Assembly: GCA_051867815.1 (NCBI GenBank)
Contig: JBJDZD010000063.1
Location: 1-51,854 of the forward strand
Length of the DNA: 51,854 bases
From: Eubacteriales bacterium
GTDB lineage: Bacteria; Bacillota; Clostridia; Oscillospirales; CAG-272
Direction: 5' to 3'
The stretch's first letter is position 1. Each line of letters opens with the position of its first letter. This document shows positions 10,463-19,923 of this stretch, in pieces. The notes beneath the pieces were generated by a model that worked only from the letters and a program-made list of their open reading frames with translations, made no database searches and was not told where the DNA came from. The position numbers were made by a program, and so were the translations under genes.

Positions 10463-11965
10463 ATGAAAACCAAAAGATTGATCGCATTCATACTTTCCGC
10501 ACTAATGCTCGTCCCTTGCATCCTGTCCGCATGTACGGGTGAGAGCGATGTGACGACCGCTCCGAACGATAACACATCGCAGCCAAGCTCCGACGCCACC
10601 ACCGACGAGGAAACCACCACCGCTCTGGACGTAACCACCGACGAGGCAACCACAGGAGAAAACACCGAGATGAAAGAACCGCCCAAGTCAATTAAAATTC
10701 TTGCCATAGGCAACAGCTTCTCCACGGATTCCATGCAGTATCTCTATGAAATTCTCAAGGACGGCGGAGTTGAGGATGTCGTTCTCGGCAATCTCTACTA
10801 CGGAGGCTGTAGCCTTGACCAGCACTACACGTTCAACGTCAAGAATTCCGCCGGCTACAAGTATTATAAGAACACCACGGGATCCTGGACTCTTACGGAA
10901 AACTACAAAATGAGTGATGCACTCGCCAACGAGAAATGGGATTACGTATCGCTCCAGCAGACCTCAAAGACCTGCGGCCTTGCCGATTCCTACGGCAGGC
11001 TCGACGAGCTTATTTCGGCAGTCAAAAAGGCTTGTCCCGATGCCAAGCTCATCTGGAATATGACGTGGGCATACCAGCAGGACAGCACGCACACCTCATT
11101 TCCGAATTATAACAACGATCAGATGACGATGTACAACATGATAATTGACGTTGTGAAAACCGTTATCGAGCCGAAGAATTTTGACGTAGTCATCCCCTGC
11201 ATGACGTCCGTTCAGAATGCGCGCACCTCATTTTTGGGCGACACGCTCACTCGCGATGGCTACCACCTCGACTACTACATAGGCAGATACATAGCAGGAC
11301 TTACGTGGTATGCCGCCATCACCGGTTGCTCCGTTGACGGCATCACCTACAATCCTTCAACAACGAAGATCACCGCAGACATGTTGAATGTTGCAAAGGA
11401 AGCCGTTACCAATGCAATCAAAAATCCCCTTGCAGTCACCGAATCGGCAATCAAAACGGGCGAACGTCCCTCGGATGACGCCCCCATTGAAGACCCGAGC
11501 ATCAAGCTCAATCCCGAGGATTTCTTTGAGGCAGATACAGTTCTTGCCGCCTCAAACAGCATCGACCTCTCAAAGTACGAGCTTCTTGATTGGAATTACC
11601 TTGAGAACACCTATTGGAACTGCACAAGCAAGCCCGGTACCACCACTCCGGCATCCACGGCAGGCACTTATCATCAGAATATCTGCACCGACCGCAAGTA
11701 TTCGCTGACCGAACTGCCGCACGGTACGATCTTTATTCTTGATGACGGCTGGCAGTATCGCCTTGAGCTTTATACCGAGGAGAACGCCAAGTACACCGGA
11801 ACGCGCCCGGGCATGTCAACGAACCGCTTCTTCGTTCTCGACGCCGCAACCACCAAGGATGCAAACTTCATAGCTTGGAACATAGCATCAAATCCCAAAA
11901 CGGACATTTCTCAGATCTACGCGCAGGCCTACTGCCATTTGAGAGTTTACGTTCCCAAAAATTAA
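10463..11965 (+). CDS. DUF4886 / SGNH-hydrolase-like lipoprotein
   Basis: Lipobox LSAC, Thr-rich linker, ILAIGNSFS, GGCSLDQH, WDYVSLQQ, TWAY, RDGYH. Confidence 0.8.
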   Translation: MKTKRLIAFILSALMLVPCILSACTGESDVTTAPNDNTSQPSSDATTDEETTTALDVTTDEATTGENTEMKEPPKSIKILAIGNSFSTDSMQYLYEILKDGGVEDVVLGNLYYGGCSLDQHYTFNVKNSAGYKYYKNTTGSWTLTENYKMSDALANEKWDYVSLQQTSKTCGLADSYGRLDELISAVKKACPDAKLIWNMTWAYQQDSTHTSFPNYNNDQMTMYNMIIDVVKTVIEPKNFDVVIPCMTSVQNARTSFLGDTLTRDGYHLDYYIGRYIAGLTWYAAITGCSVDGITYNPSTTKITADMLNVAKEAVTNAIKNPLAVTESAIKTGERPSDDAPIEDPSIKLNPEDFFEADTVLAASNSIDLSKYELLDWNYLENTYWNCTSKPGTTTPASTAGTYHQNICTDRKYSLTELPHGTIFILDDGWQYRLELYTEENAKYTGTRPGMSTNRFFVLDAATTKDANFIAWNIASNPKTDISQIYAQAYCHLRVYVPKN

Positions 11966-11972
11966 TAATAGA

Positions 11973-12008
11973 GGCTGAGCCGAAAAATTTTCGGCTCAGC
12001 CCGCTTTT
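11973..12008. terminator. Intrinsic terminator between convergent genes
   Basis: GGCTGAGCCGAAAA / TTTTCGGCTCAGCC inverted repeat followed by a T run. Confidence 0.75.
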
Positions 12009-13459
12009 TACTTCAGCTTCGCAAGTATGACCTGCATCAGCTTCCAAAGTCTTTCGACGGATGCAACGTTCAGGCGCTCACGAGGGGAATGCACATCGGC
12101 GAGGTCGGGACCCATTGAAACGCAGTCAAGTCCTTCAATATTGTCGGAAAAGATACCGCATTCAAGTCCACCGTGCGTGCCGGCTACGATGCCCCTCTTG
12201 CCCGTGGTTTCCTTGTATGCTTCCATAATAATGTCGCGTAGTTCGGAATCGCGCTTGAATTCCCACGAGGGGTATTCGCCGTGGAGCTTGATATAAGCGC
12301 CGGGAAAGGCAAGGGATAGGACGGATGCGATCTTATCAACGAGGTCATGCTTCTCGGACGTTATCGATGAACGAACGGAATAGGAGAACTGCAGCTCGGT
12401 ATCCGTCAGCTTCAGCACGCCCATGTTAAGAGAGGTCTGAACCAGACCGTCAAAATCCCGGCTCATGCGCTGGATGTGATAGGGCAGAACGTTCAGCGCG
12501 CAAAGCATACGCTTTGTGTCCGCCTCGGTAACGCGGCTCGGCAGAAGCGCACATTCGGTCGCGCTTAAGGTCACGCCGCCGTCACCTGCCGCAAGCTCGT
12601 TCTTGAAGACGGCGTCAAACTCGCCTGCCTTCGCAAGGAGTGCCTCGTCGCCGCCCTCAAAACTGATGATCGCCTCCGCTTCGGGGCAGATAACGTTGTC
12701 AAGCCGTCCGCCCTCAAGCACGGAAATGCCAAAATTCATGACCTTGCCGAGGTTATGAAGGAAGCGAATGATGAGCCGGTTTGCGCTCTCACGGCCCTTG
12801 TCGATATCAACGCCCGAATGGCCGCCCATAAGGCCGTTTACCGTTATTTTATACGACCTCGCACCGATCGGGGTCTGCTCGTATTCAAGCGGAATAAAGG
12901 CGTTGACGCGCACGCCGCCGGCACAGCAGACGGTGAAAACGCCCTCCTCCTCGGAGTCGAGATTGATCATTCGCTTGCCGCGCAGGCTCGAGAAATCAAG
13001 AGCGGATGCGCCGAGAAGTCCTATCTCCTCGTCAACGGTGAAAACCGCTTCTATGGGGGGATGGGGGATGGTGTCGGAATCGAGGATCGCCATTATCATG
13101 GCGCAAGCGATGATGTTGTCGCCGCCGAGCGAGGTTCCGCGCGCACGCAGTTCGCCATTCTCCACGTAAAGCTCGATAGGGTCTTTATCCATATCGAGCG
13201 TGCAGTCCGCCTCCTTGGCGCAGACCATATCCAGGTGTCCCTGAAGTATCACGGGCGCGGAGCTTTCGTAACCCGGGGTGCCGTTCTTTTTGATAATGAC
13301 GTTGTCGCAGTCATCGCGCAGGACCTCAAGACCGCGCTCGCGAGCGAAATTCTCGCAGATGTCGGCAATGGGCTTCATATTTCCCGAGCCGTGGGGTACG
13401 CTTGAAAGAAGCGCAAAGTATTCAAATACCTTTTTAGGTTCAAGTTCGGTGATGTTCAT
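12008..13459 (-). CDS. pepD: Aminoacyl-histidine dipeptidase (M20C)
   Basis: True start ATG 13459 (GAGG RBS; promoter TTGCAT-N17-TATAAT at 13490-13518). PHGSGN, LQGHLDMV, SLGGDN, DEEIGL, NLDSEE, GGHSG, HGGLECG, HSPRE. Confidence 0.93.
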   Translation of the reverse strand: MNITELEPKKVFEYFALLSSVPHGSGNMKPIADICENFARERGLEVLRDDCDNVIIKKNGTPGYESSAPVILQGHLDMVCAKEADCTLDMDKDPIELYVENGELRARGTSLGGDNIIACAMIMAILDSDTIPHPPIEAVFTVDEEIGLLGASALDFSSLRGKRMINLDSEEEGVFTVCCAGGVRVNAFIPLEYEQTPIGARSYKITVNGLMGGHSGVDIDKGRESANRLIIRFLHNLGKVMNFGISVLEGGRLDNVICPEAEAIISFEGGDEALLAKAGEFDAVFKNELAAGDGGVTLSATECALLPSRVTEADTKRMLCALNVLPYHIQRMSRDFDGLVQTSLNMGVLKLTDTELQFSYSVRSSITSEKHDLVDKIASVLSLAFPGAYIKLHGEYPSWEFKRDSELRDIIMEAYKETTGKRGIVAGTHGGLECGIFSDNIEGLDCVSMGPDLADVHSPRERLNVASVERLWKLMQVILAKLK

Positions 13460-13518
13460 TTCGATTACCTCGTTTGCAATGATGATATAATTATAGCATA
13501 TTTTCTTGTTCAATGCAA

Positions 13519-13547
13519 GCATATACGGGCGAATCGCGGAAATAATA
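13519..13547 (+). promoter_or_regulatory. Putative forespore sigG/sigF promoter of tepA
   Basis: GCATA-N17-AATAATA; the -10 region GGAAATAATA also fits GGnRAnAnTW. Confidence 0.5.
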
Positions 13548-13567
13548 ACTAAAAAACGGAGATTGCA

Positions 13568-14227
13568 ATGAGCGAAGAAAGCAAAGATAACAACGAAAAC
13601 GAACAGTGCGACGGCATGGTGCCCTCGGAGAATAACCGCGACAACATCGCATGCATATGCATCGTCGGCACCGTCGAGGGGCATTACCTTGCCGGCGAAA
13701 ATCAAAAGGCAACGAAATACGAGCATATCCTGCCCCGCCTTTTCGATATTGAGGAGGACGACCGCACGAAGGGCGTACTTTTTCTGCTCAACACGATGGG
13801 AGGCGACGTTGAAGCCGGGCTTGCCATTGCGGAGTTGATCGCAAGCATGTCGAAGCCGACCGTTTCCGTCGTTCTCGGAGGCGGTCATTCGATTGGAGTG
13901 CCGCTTGCCACGGCGGCAAAAAAGTCCTTCATCGTGCCCAGCGCCACAATGACAATACACCCGGTACGCATCAGCGGAACGGTTGTGGGCGCGCCGCAGA
14001 CCTTCACCTATTTCAAGGATATGCAGGAACGCATCATCTCCTTCATCTGCCGAAATTCGAAGGCGAATAAGGAAAAGCTGCACGAGCTGATGATGCGCCC
14101 CGACCAGATAGCAACCGACGTCGGAAGCGTTCTTGCGGGAGAAGAAGCGGTGAGATACGGCATAATTGACGCCGTTGGCGGCCTTTCAGAAGCTCTTGCG
14201 GCACTGCGCGAGATGATAAATTCCTGA
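13568..14227 (+). CDS. tepA: ClpP-like protease TepA
   Basis: VEGH...KATKYEHILP, LNTMGGDVEAGLAIAE, GGGHSIGVPLA, MTIHPVR, QTFTYF. Confidence 0.88.
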   Translation: MSEESKDNNENEQCDGMVPSENNRDNIACICIVGTVEGHYLAGENQKATKYEHILPRLFDIEEDDRTKGVLFLLNTMGGDVEAGLAIAELIASMSKPTVSVVLGGGHSIGVPLATAAKKSFIVPSATMTIHPVRISGTVVGAPQTFTYFKDMQERIISFICRNSKANKEKLHELMMRPDQIATDVGSVLAGEEAVRYGIIDAVGGLSEALAALREMINS

Positions 14228-14231
14228 TGCG

Positions 14232-14265
14232 AAAAACGGAGCTTGAAAATCCAAGCTCCGTTTTT
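14232..14265. terminator. Bidirectional intrinsic terminator
   Basis: AAAAACGGAGCTTG / CAAGCTCCGTTTTT perfect inverted repeat between convergent genes. Confidence 0.8.
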
Positions 14266-14267
14266 AT

Positions 14268-15557
14268 TCAACACATTTTTCTATTGAGCATAATCTCCAT
14301 TATCGTCCTGTCGGTTGCCCTCATACCGTCGTGGCCGAGGATGCCGACATTGCGAATGGTGTTCTCTACTCCCTTGGTGACGATGCCCTCGCCGCCGTAG
14401 AACTGCTTACCGCCATTCTTGAACATCTCCCATCCGAGGATGCCTGCCTCGACCGCAAGCGCTATTTTGCCGGCGCACGATGCCTTGGCACCGTCGCAAA
14501 CTATGCCGCTGGAAATTCCGAGCGCATTGACGAGCGTGTGCGAGACCTCGCGCACCCTTCCGCCCTCAAGATAGCAGATCCCGGCGCCTGCACCTGCACC
14601 TGCGCAAACCGCTCCGCAGAATGCGGAAAGCCTGCCGATATAGGTCTTCAAATGAATGGCGCAAAGGTCGGAAACAACGAGCGCGTGCAAAAGCTCCTCG
14701 CGACTTCTTCCCTGCGCCTCGGCGTATGTAATGACGGGCAGGGATGCCGTCATGCCCTGATTTCCGCTTCCCGAGAGTATAACGACGGGCATGGCACAGC
14801 CGTTCATCCTCGCGTCGCTTCCTGCCGCCGCGCGCGCTTTTGCACGGTTCATAAGGCTGTCGCCTGCGCACCCCATCAGAGTTTGTCCGATGCAGGCGCC
14901 CCACGGATTTCGCAAGCCCTCGTCGGATATCGCGCTGTTGCACTCGATCTGGCGTGCAAGTATCGGCTCAACGTCACAAAGCCGCACTTCCTCGGCAAAT
15001 GCGATGATGTTCTCCACCGTCAGGCACTCATGCGAGGACATGCCGTCCTCGCTTTCATCGCATACGGGAGTGTCAAATATGACCTCGCCGTTTTTCTCGC
15101 GGTAGACAATGTTCGTGTGCGCATTTGCCATACGAATAACGGCGAACTCGCCCCCGGCCTGTGCTCTTACGGTGCAGTCGAACGCCAGCTCGCTCTCGCA
15201 AAGCTCGACCTTTATGATGTTTTTCGCCAAATAAGCGCGAATGCTCTCTCGGTCACGGTCGTTGACGTCCGCAATACATTCAAGCTTTTTCTTCTCGTTT
15301 CCTGCAACGACACCGGCGGCAACAGCCGCCTCGATGCCGCGCATACCGTCCGTGTTCGGAACCGTAACGCCCATGGCGTTCTTGATAAGGTTGCCGCTGA
15401 CGTCCACCCTCACGCGCTCGGGCGTTTTGCCGAGCAGGGCACGCGCGGATGCCGCGGCGTATGCAAGCGCGATCGGCTCGGTGCAGCCCATGGCAGGCAC
15501 AAGCTCTTCGCGCAGAATGTTCAGATACTGTTGATAGAGCTTACAGTCCATTTTCAT
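14268..15557 (-). CDS. L-cysteine desulfidase (CyuA/YhaM, serine dehydratase alpha-like family)
   Basis: ELVPAMGCTEPIA, KNAMGVTVP, AAAGSDARMNG, SGSGNQG, GRLSAFCG, GIVCDGAKASCA. Confidence 0.85.
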   Translation of the reverse strand: MKMDCKLYQQYLNILREELVPAMGCTEPIALAYAAASARALLGKTPERVRVDVSGNLIKNAMGVTVPNTDGMRGIEAAVAAGVVAGNEKKKLECIADVNDRDRESIRAYLAKNIIKVELCESELAFDCTVRAQAGGEFAVIRMANAHTNIVYREKNGEVIFDTPVCDESEDGMSSHECLTVENIIAFAEEVRLCDVEPILARQIECNSAISDEGLRNPWGACIGQTLMGCAGDSLMNRAKARAAAGSDARMNGCAMPVVILSGSGNQGMTASLPVITYAEAQGRSREELLHALVVSDLCAIHLKTYIGRLSAFCGAVCAGAGAGAGICYLEGGRVREVSHTLVNALGISSGIVCDGAKASCAGKIALAVEAGILGWEMFKNGGKQFYGGEGIVTKGVENTIRNVGILGHDGMRATDRTIMEIMLNRKMC

Positions 15558-16282
15558 CCGATAGGCTCAAAATCGGCTGCGCCGTGCTTGCAGATCGGGC
15601 AAACGAGATCAGGCGGAAGCTCCTCACCCTCATATTCCCAGCCGCAGATCTTGCAGACGAAGCCCTTCTTCTTGGCGGGCTTTTTCTTGGGCTTTACGTT
15701 TGAGTGGTAGTACGCGTAGGACATGGTCGGCTCCTTGGAGATAACTCCCGACTCGGTAAGCACGCAGACGAAAACGCCGTGCGTTCCCACCTCTTGGTAG
15801 CTCTCAACCCAAAGCGACATATAGGAATTGACGTGCTCCGAGGGAACGGCAAGCCCGTTTTCCGAGCGCAGGAATGCACAGCCGTCAAATTTATCGGCAT
15901 CCCGTCCGCTCTTGAAGCCGAAACGCTCAAAGACGGAAAAGGGCGCGCTCTGCGCTATCGGGCAGACGTTGAGCAGTCCCGTCTGCTTGATAACGTCGTG
16001 CGAATAATTTGCCCTGTTTATCGAAACGAGGACGCGGACGGGGTCGCTCGTCAGCTGAACGACTGTGTTGCAGATCATGCCATTGTCCTTTACCCCGTCG
16101 TTTGAGGTGACGACGTAAAGGCCGTAGCCGATGTTGTAGACGGCACTTTTGTCGCCTGTCGGAAGTGTCTTTTCCTCAATGGGCTTAATTACGTCGCCCG
16201 TGGCAAAGCAAACGGGGCAAACGATCTCCTCGCCCTCCTGAATTTCAAATTCAGCATCACAGATTTCACATTTATATTTCAT
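15554..16282 (-). CDS. Flavin reductase flanked by N- and C-terminal rubredoxin-like domains
   Basis: N-term CEIC...CPVC; core IGYGLYVVT, FGFKSGRDADKF, GTH, MSYAYYH; C-term CKICGWEY...CPICKH. Confidence 0.85.
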   Translation of the reverse strand: MKYKCEICDAEFEIQEGEEIVCPVCFATGDVIKPIEEKTLPTGDKSAVYNIGYGLYVVTSNDGVKDNGMICNTVVQLTSDPVRVLVSINRANYSHDVIKQTGLLNVCPIAQSAPFSVFERFGFKSGRDADKFDGCAFLRSENGLAVPSEHVNSYMSLWVESYQEVGTHGVFVCVLTESGVISKEPTMSYAYYHSNVKPKKKPAKKKGFVCKICGWEYEGEELPPDLVCPICKHGAADFEPIG

Positions 16283-16400
16283 GAATCCTTCTCCTTCGAA
16301 TAATTTATTTCAGTATATCACAAATCCGATGATTTTGCAACATAAAAATTGTTTTTTTCAATATTTTTTGTTTGATTTAGGCATTTTATCCGCTTTGGAC

Positions 16401-16429
16401 TTGAAAAATCAATTAATATATGGTATAAT
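16401..16429 (+). promoter_or_regulatory. sigA-type promoter of MATE gene
   Basis: TTGAAA-N17-TATAAT with TG extended -10. Confidence 0.6.
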
Positions 16430-16467
16430 TTCGTTTGCATGTCTATGGGAGATAATATGATAATATA

Positions 16468-17880
16468 ATGTTAAATAAATTGAGAAACACCCTTTTCGGC
16501 GATCGCGCGTTTTACAAACGCGTGCTTATTATTCTTTTACCGATCGTAATACAAAACACCTTCACCAACGCCGTCAGCCTCGTTGACAACGTGATGGTTG
16601 GAAGCATCGGCGAATTTGAGATGTCCGCGGTTGCGATAGTCAACCAGCTTCTGTTTGTTTTTAACCTCTGCGTTTTCGGCGGTCTTTCGGGCGTGGGTAT
16701 CTTCACGGCACAGTTTGCCGGAGCACAGGACGATGTCGGCGTACGCCGCACAATTCGCGCTAAGAACTACCTGGCACTTGCCATGCTTGCCATCGGCTTT
16801 ACCGTCTTTCTTTGCTTCCCCGAAGCGCTCATCAAGCTCTACGTTGCCGAGGACACGACCCCCGAGGAGGCCCTCATCCTTATGGGTCACGCACGCAAAT
16901 ACCTCGCGATAATGCTCGCCGGTCTCGTTCCCTACGCCGTGGCTCAAGTCTACGGCTCCACACTTCGTGAGGAGGGCGAGACCACACTTCCCATGATTGG
17001 CGGCGTTACGGCAATCATCATTAACGTCGTTCTCAACTACATACTGATCTTCGGCAACGAGGGCAAGCTCGGTTTTGTCACCTTTGCTCCCATGGGCGTT
17101 TCCGGTGCGGCGATAGCGACTGTAATATCAAGATACGCCGAGGCCATCATCATCGTCGCCGTCACTCATATTCGGAAGCGCAAGTACCACTTCTATTGCG
17201 GCGTTTACCGCACCGCAAAGATACCGCTCGAGCTTTGCCGCGATATGCTCAAGCGCGGTTCTCCCCTGCTTATCAACGAATGCTGCTGGTCAACGGGCAT
17301 GGCGGTGCTTCTGCAATGCTATTCCGTGCGAGGACTTGACGCAGTGGCGGCGGCAAACATATCCTCCACGGTTCTCAACCTCTTTAACGTGGTCTGCTTC
17401 TCAATGGGAAGCGCGATCGCCATAATCCTCGGTCAGCATCTCGGTGCTGACGAGCAGGACGAGGCAAAGGCAACCGTGCCGAAGCTCTTCACGCTCTCCG
17501 TCATTTCGGCACTCGTCATGGGCGGCGCTCTTGCCGCATGCGCCGGGGTGCTACCGAAAATTTACGACGTCAGCGATGAGATTCGCAGTCTTGCGACCTC
17601 CATGCTCATCATCGTTGCCTGCACCATGCCCATTTTCTCATTTGCCCACGCCGTATATTTCACCATGCGCTCGGGCGGAAAGACCCTCTTGACCTTCTGC
17701 TTTGACTGCGGACTTACCTGGGGACTGACGATTCCCTTTGCCGCCATCGCGGCAAATTTCACGTCTATGCCCATTCTCGGCATCTACCTCTGCGTTCAGC
17801 TGCTCGACCTGAGCAAATGCATCATCGGATTCATTTTGATCAAAAAAGGCGTATGGGTAAACAAAATCATTTCAGACTGA
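16468..17880 (+). CDS. MATE family efflux transporter
   Basis: PIVIQN...DNVMVG, AQFAGA, NVVLNYILIFG, MGVSGAAIATVISR; ~12 hydrophobic segments. Confidence 0.93.
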   Translation: MLNKLRNTLFGDRAFYKRVLIILLPIVIQNTFTNAVSLVDNVMVGSIGEFEMSAVAIVNQLLFVFNLCVFGGLSGVGIFTAQFAGAQDDVGVRRTIRAKNYLALAMLAIGFTVFLCFPEALIKLYVAEDTTPEEALILMGHARKYLAIMLAGLVPYAVAQVYGSTLREEGETTLPMIGGVTAIIINVVLNYILIFGNEGKLGFVTFAPMGVSGAAIATVISRYAEAIIIVAVTHIRKRKYHFYCGVYRTAKIPLELCRDMLKRGSPLLINECCWSTGMAVLLQCYSVRGLDAVAAANISSTVLNLFNVVCFSMGSAIAIILGQHLGADEQDEAKATVPKLFTLSVISALVMGGALAACAGVLPKIYDVSDEIRSLATSMLIIVACTMPIFSFAHAVYFTMRSGGKTLLTFCFDCGLTWGLTIPFAAIAANFTSMPILGIYLCVQLLDLSKCIIGFILIKKGVWVNKIISD

Positions 17881-17909
17881 AAAATGCCCTGAATTTCGGG
17901 GCATTTTTT
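17880..17909 (+). terminator. Intrinsic terminator
   Basis: AAAAATGCCC(T)GA / TCGGGGCATTTTTT hairpin plus T tract. Confidence 0.75.
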
Positions 17910-17929
17910 ATCAAAATGCGGTAAAGCTC

Positions 17930-17958
17930 TTGATTTGATTACAAGAATATGCTATAAT
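17930..17958 (+). promoter_or_regulatory. sigA-type promoter of sugar oxidoreductase operon
   Basis: TTGATT-N17-TATAAT with TG; supports the 17996 start. Confidence 0.6.
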
Positions 17959-17995
17959 GAGTAAAAATAATATATCCGAAAGGAGACAACTGAAC

Positions 17996-19048
17996 ATGGT
18001 TGTTGCAATAATCGGTTGCGGAAGGATCGCCAACTCCGCACATTTCCCCGCGCTGACGCAGATCGAGGGGCTTCGCATCAAATACGCATGCGATCTCATC
18101 CCCGAAAAAGCTCAGGCCATGAAGGACAAGTATCCCGAAAAGGTTGAGAACGTAATCACCGACTATCACGTCGCCCTCGCCGACCCGGAGGTTGACGCCG
18201 TCTACGTCCTCACCCCAAATTTCGCACACTATACCGTAACCATGGATGCTCTGCGCGCCGACAAGCACGTTTTCTGCGAGAAGCCCGTCACCGTAAACTA
18301 CGCCCTCTCCTGCGAGATGGCAGAGGAAGCAAACCGCCGCGGCAAAATGCTCAACATCGGCGTTTGCAACCGCTATCACAAGTCCGTTGAGATGCTCCGC
18401 GAACTGAATGAGCGCGGTGAATTCGGCAAGCTCTACCATGTTTATTGCTCCTTCCGCTCCTTCCGCAGCATTCCCGGACTCGGCGGGGCCTTCACCGACA
18501 AGGCACAGTCCGGCGGAGGCGTTCTGATCGACTGGGGCATTCACTTCCTTGACCTCATCCTCTACATACTCGGCTCGCCTGAGCTTAAAACCGCAACCTG
18601 CAACGCCTACTCCGAAATGGCAAAAGACATGAAGTCCTATAAATACAAGAGCATGTGGGCGGAGGACACCAAGAATCTTGACGGTATCAACAACGTTGAC
18701 GACATGGTAACGGGCTTTATACGCACTTCGGGCGCTTCCGTTTCCTTTAACGGCGCGTGGGCGCAGAACATTGACAAGCACGAAATGTTCATAGACTTCA
18801 TGGGAGACAAGGGCGGCGCGCGCCTTGCCTACTGCGGCAAGTTCACCCTCTACAAGGGCGATACGCTCGAAACGATCGAGCCGGATTACGACATTCCCAA
18901 CATGTATCTTTGCGAGGATAAGGCCTTCCTTGAAGCATGCACGACCGGCGTAAAGAACCGTTCCCACATCGACAACATTCTCGACAGCATGAAGTTGCTT
19001 GACAACCTTTATCAGTCCGCCGACAAGGGCGCTGAAATTAAATTCTGA
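17996..19048 (+). CDS. Gfo/Idh/MocA family oxidoreductase
   Basis: AAGGAG RBS before ATG 17996; IIGCGRIA, HVFCEKP, GGGVLIDWGIHFLD. Confidence 0.92.
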   Translation: MVVAIIGCGRIANSAHFPALTQIEGLRIKYACDLIPEKAQAMKDKYPEKVENVITDYHVALADPEVDAVYVLTPNFAHYTVTMDALRADKHVFCEKPVTVNYALSCEMAEEANRRGKMLNIGVCNRYHKSVEMLRELNERGEFGKLYHVYCSFRSFRSIPGLGGAFTDKAQSGGGVLIDWGIHFLDLILYILGSPELKTATCNAYSEMAKDMKSYKYKSMWAEDTKNLDGINNVDDMVTGFIRTSGASVSFNGAWAQNIDKHEMFIDFMGDKGGARLAYCGKFTLYKGDTLETIEPDYDIPNMYLCEDKAFLEACTTGVKNRSHIDNILDSMKLLDNLYQSADKGAEIKF

Positions 19049-19062
19049 ACGGAGGAAAGAAA

Positions 19063-19923
19063 ATGGGTTATTTTCCGATAGGTGCCATCGTTGACTCCTT
19101 CCGCATGGAAACACACGAGGCAATCAAAAAAGCATCCGAGATGGGTATTGAAGGCCTGTAGATCTACTGCACCAAGGGCATTCACGCTCCCGAAAACTTC
19201 TCAAAGGCGGATCGCCGCGAGCTTCTCAACTTCACAAAGGACCACGGCATGAAATTTTCCGCTATCTGCGGCGACCTCGGCGGCGGATTCACAAATCCCG
19301 AGCAGAACCCCGAAAGGATCGAACGCTCCAAGCGCATCATCGACATGTGTGCCGACCTTGAAACCAATGTCGTCACCACGCACATCGGAGTTGTCCCCGA
19401 AGACAAGAACCACGAGCGCTACAAGATCCTTCAGGAAGCTTGCTATGAGCTGGCTCAGTATGCAGACAGCGTAGGCTTTAAGTTTGCGGTTGAAACGGGA
19501 CCCGAAAGATCAATAGTCCTCAAGGAATTCCTCGATTCCCTCGGCTCGACCGGTGTAAGCGTCAACCTCGACCCCGCAAACTTCGTGATGGTCACGGGTG
19601 ACGATCCGGTGGAGGCTGTTTACAACCTGCGCAAGTACATCGTCCACACCCACGCAAAGGACGGCGTTCGTCTGCTCAACGTCGGCCCGGAAATCGTTTA
19701 CAGAATGGTTCATCCCGTACCCGAAGAGTTTAAGGGCAAGAAGCTCTATCAGGAGCTGCCCCTCGGCCAAGGCTCGGTCGATTTCCCCGCATACCTCGCG
19801 GCTCTCAAGGACATCGGCTACAAGGGCTTCCTCACCATTGAGCGCGAATGCGGCGACGATCCGGCAGGCGACATCGGCATTGCGGTCGACCACCTGCGCA
19901 AATGCATGGAGGAGCTTAATTAA
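19063..19923 (+). pseudogene. Sugar phosphate isomerase/epimerase (TIM barrel) interrupted by in-frame TAG
   Basis: GGAGG RBS and ATG 19063 give MGYFPIGAIVDSFR...GIEGL*IYCTKG. TAG at 19159-19161 is in frame with the 19249 ORF (AVETGPE, VNLDPAN, HTHAKD, LTIERE). Confidence 0.75.

Noticed and set aside
13460-14083. 691-aa version of pepD suggesting a fusion
   Set aside because: The extension is antisense to tepA; the real start at 13459 has its own RBS and promoter.
14331-15710. 459-aa plus-strand ORF
   Set aside because: Antisense to cysteine desulfidase with no motifs; long antisense frames are expected from this codon bias.
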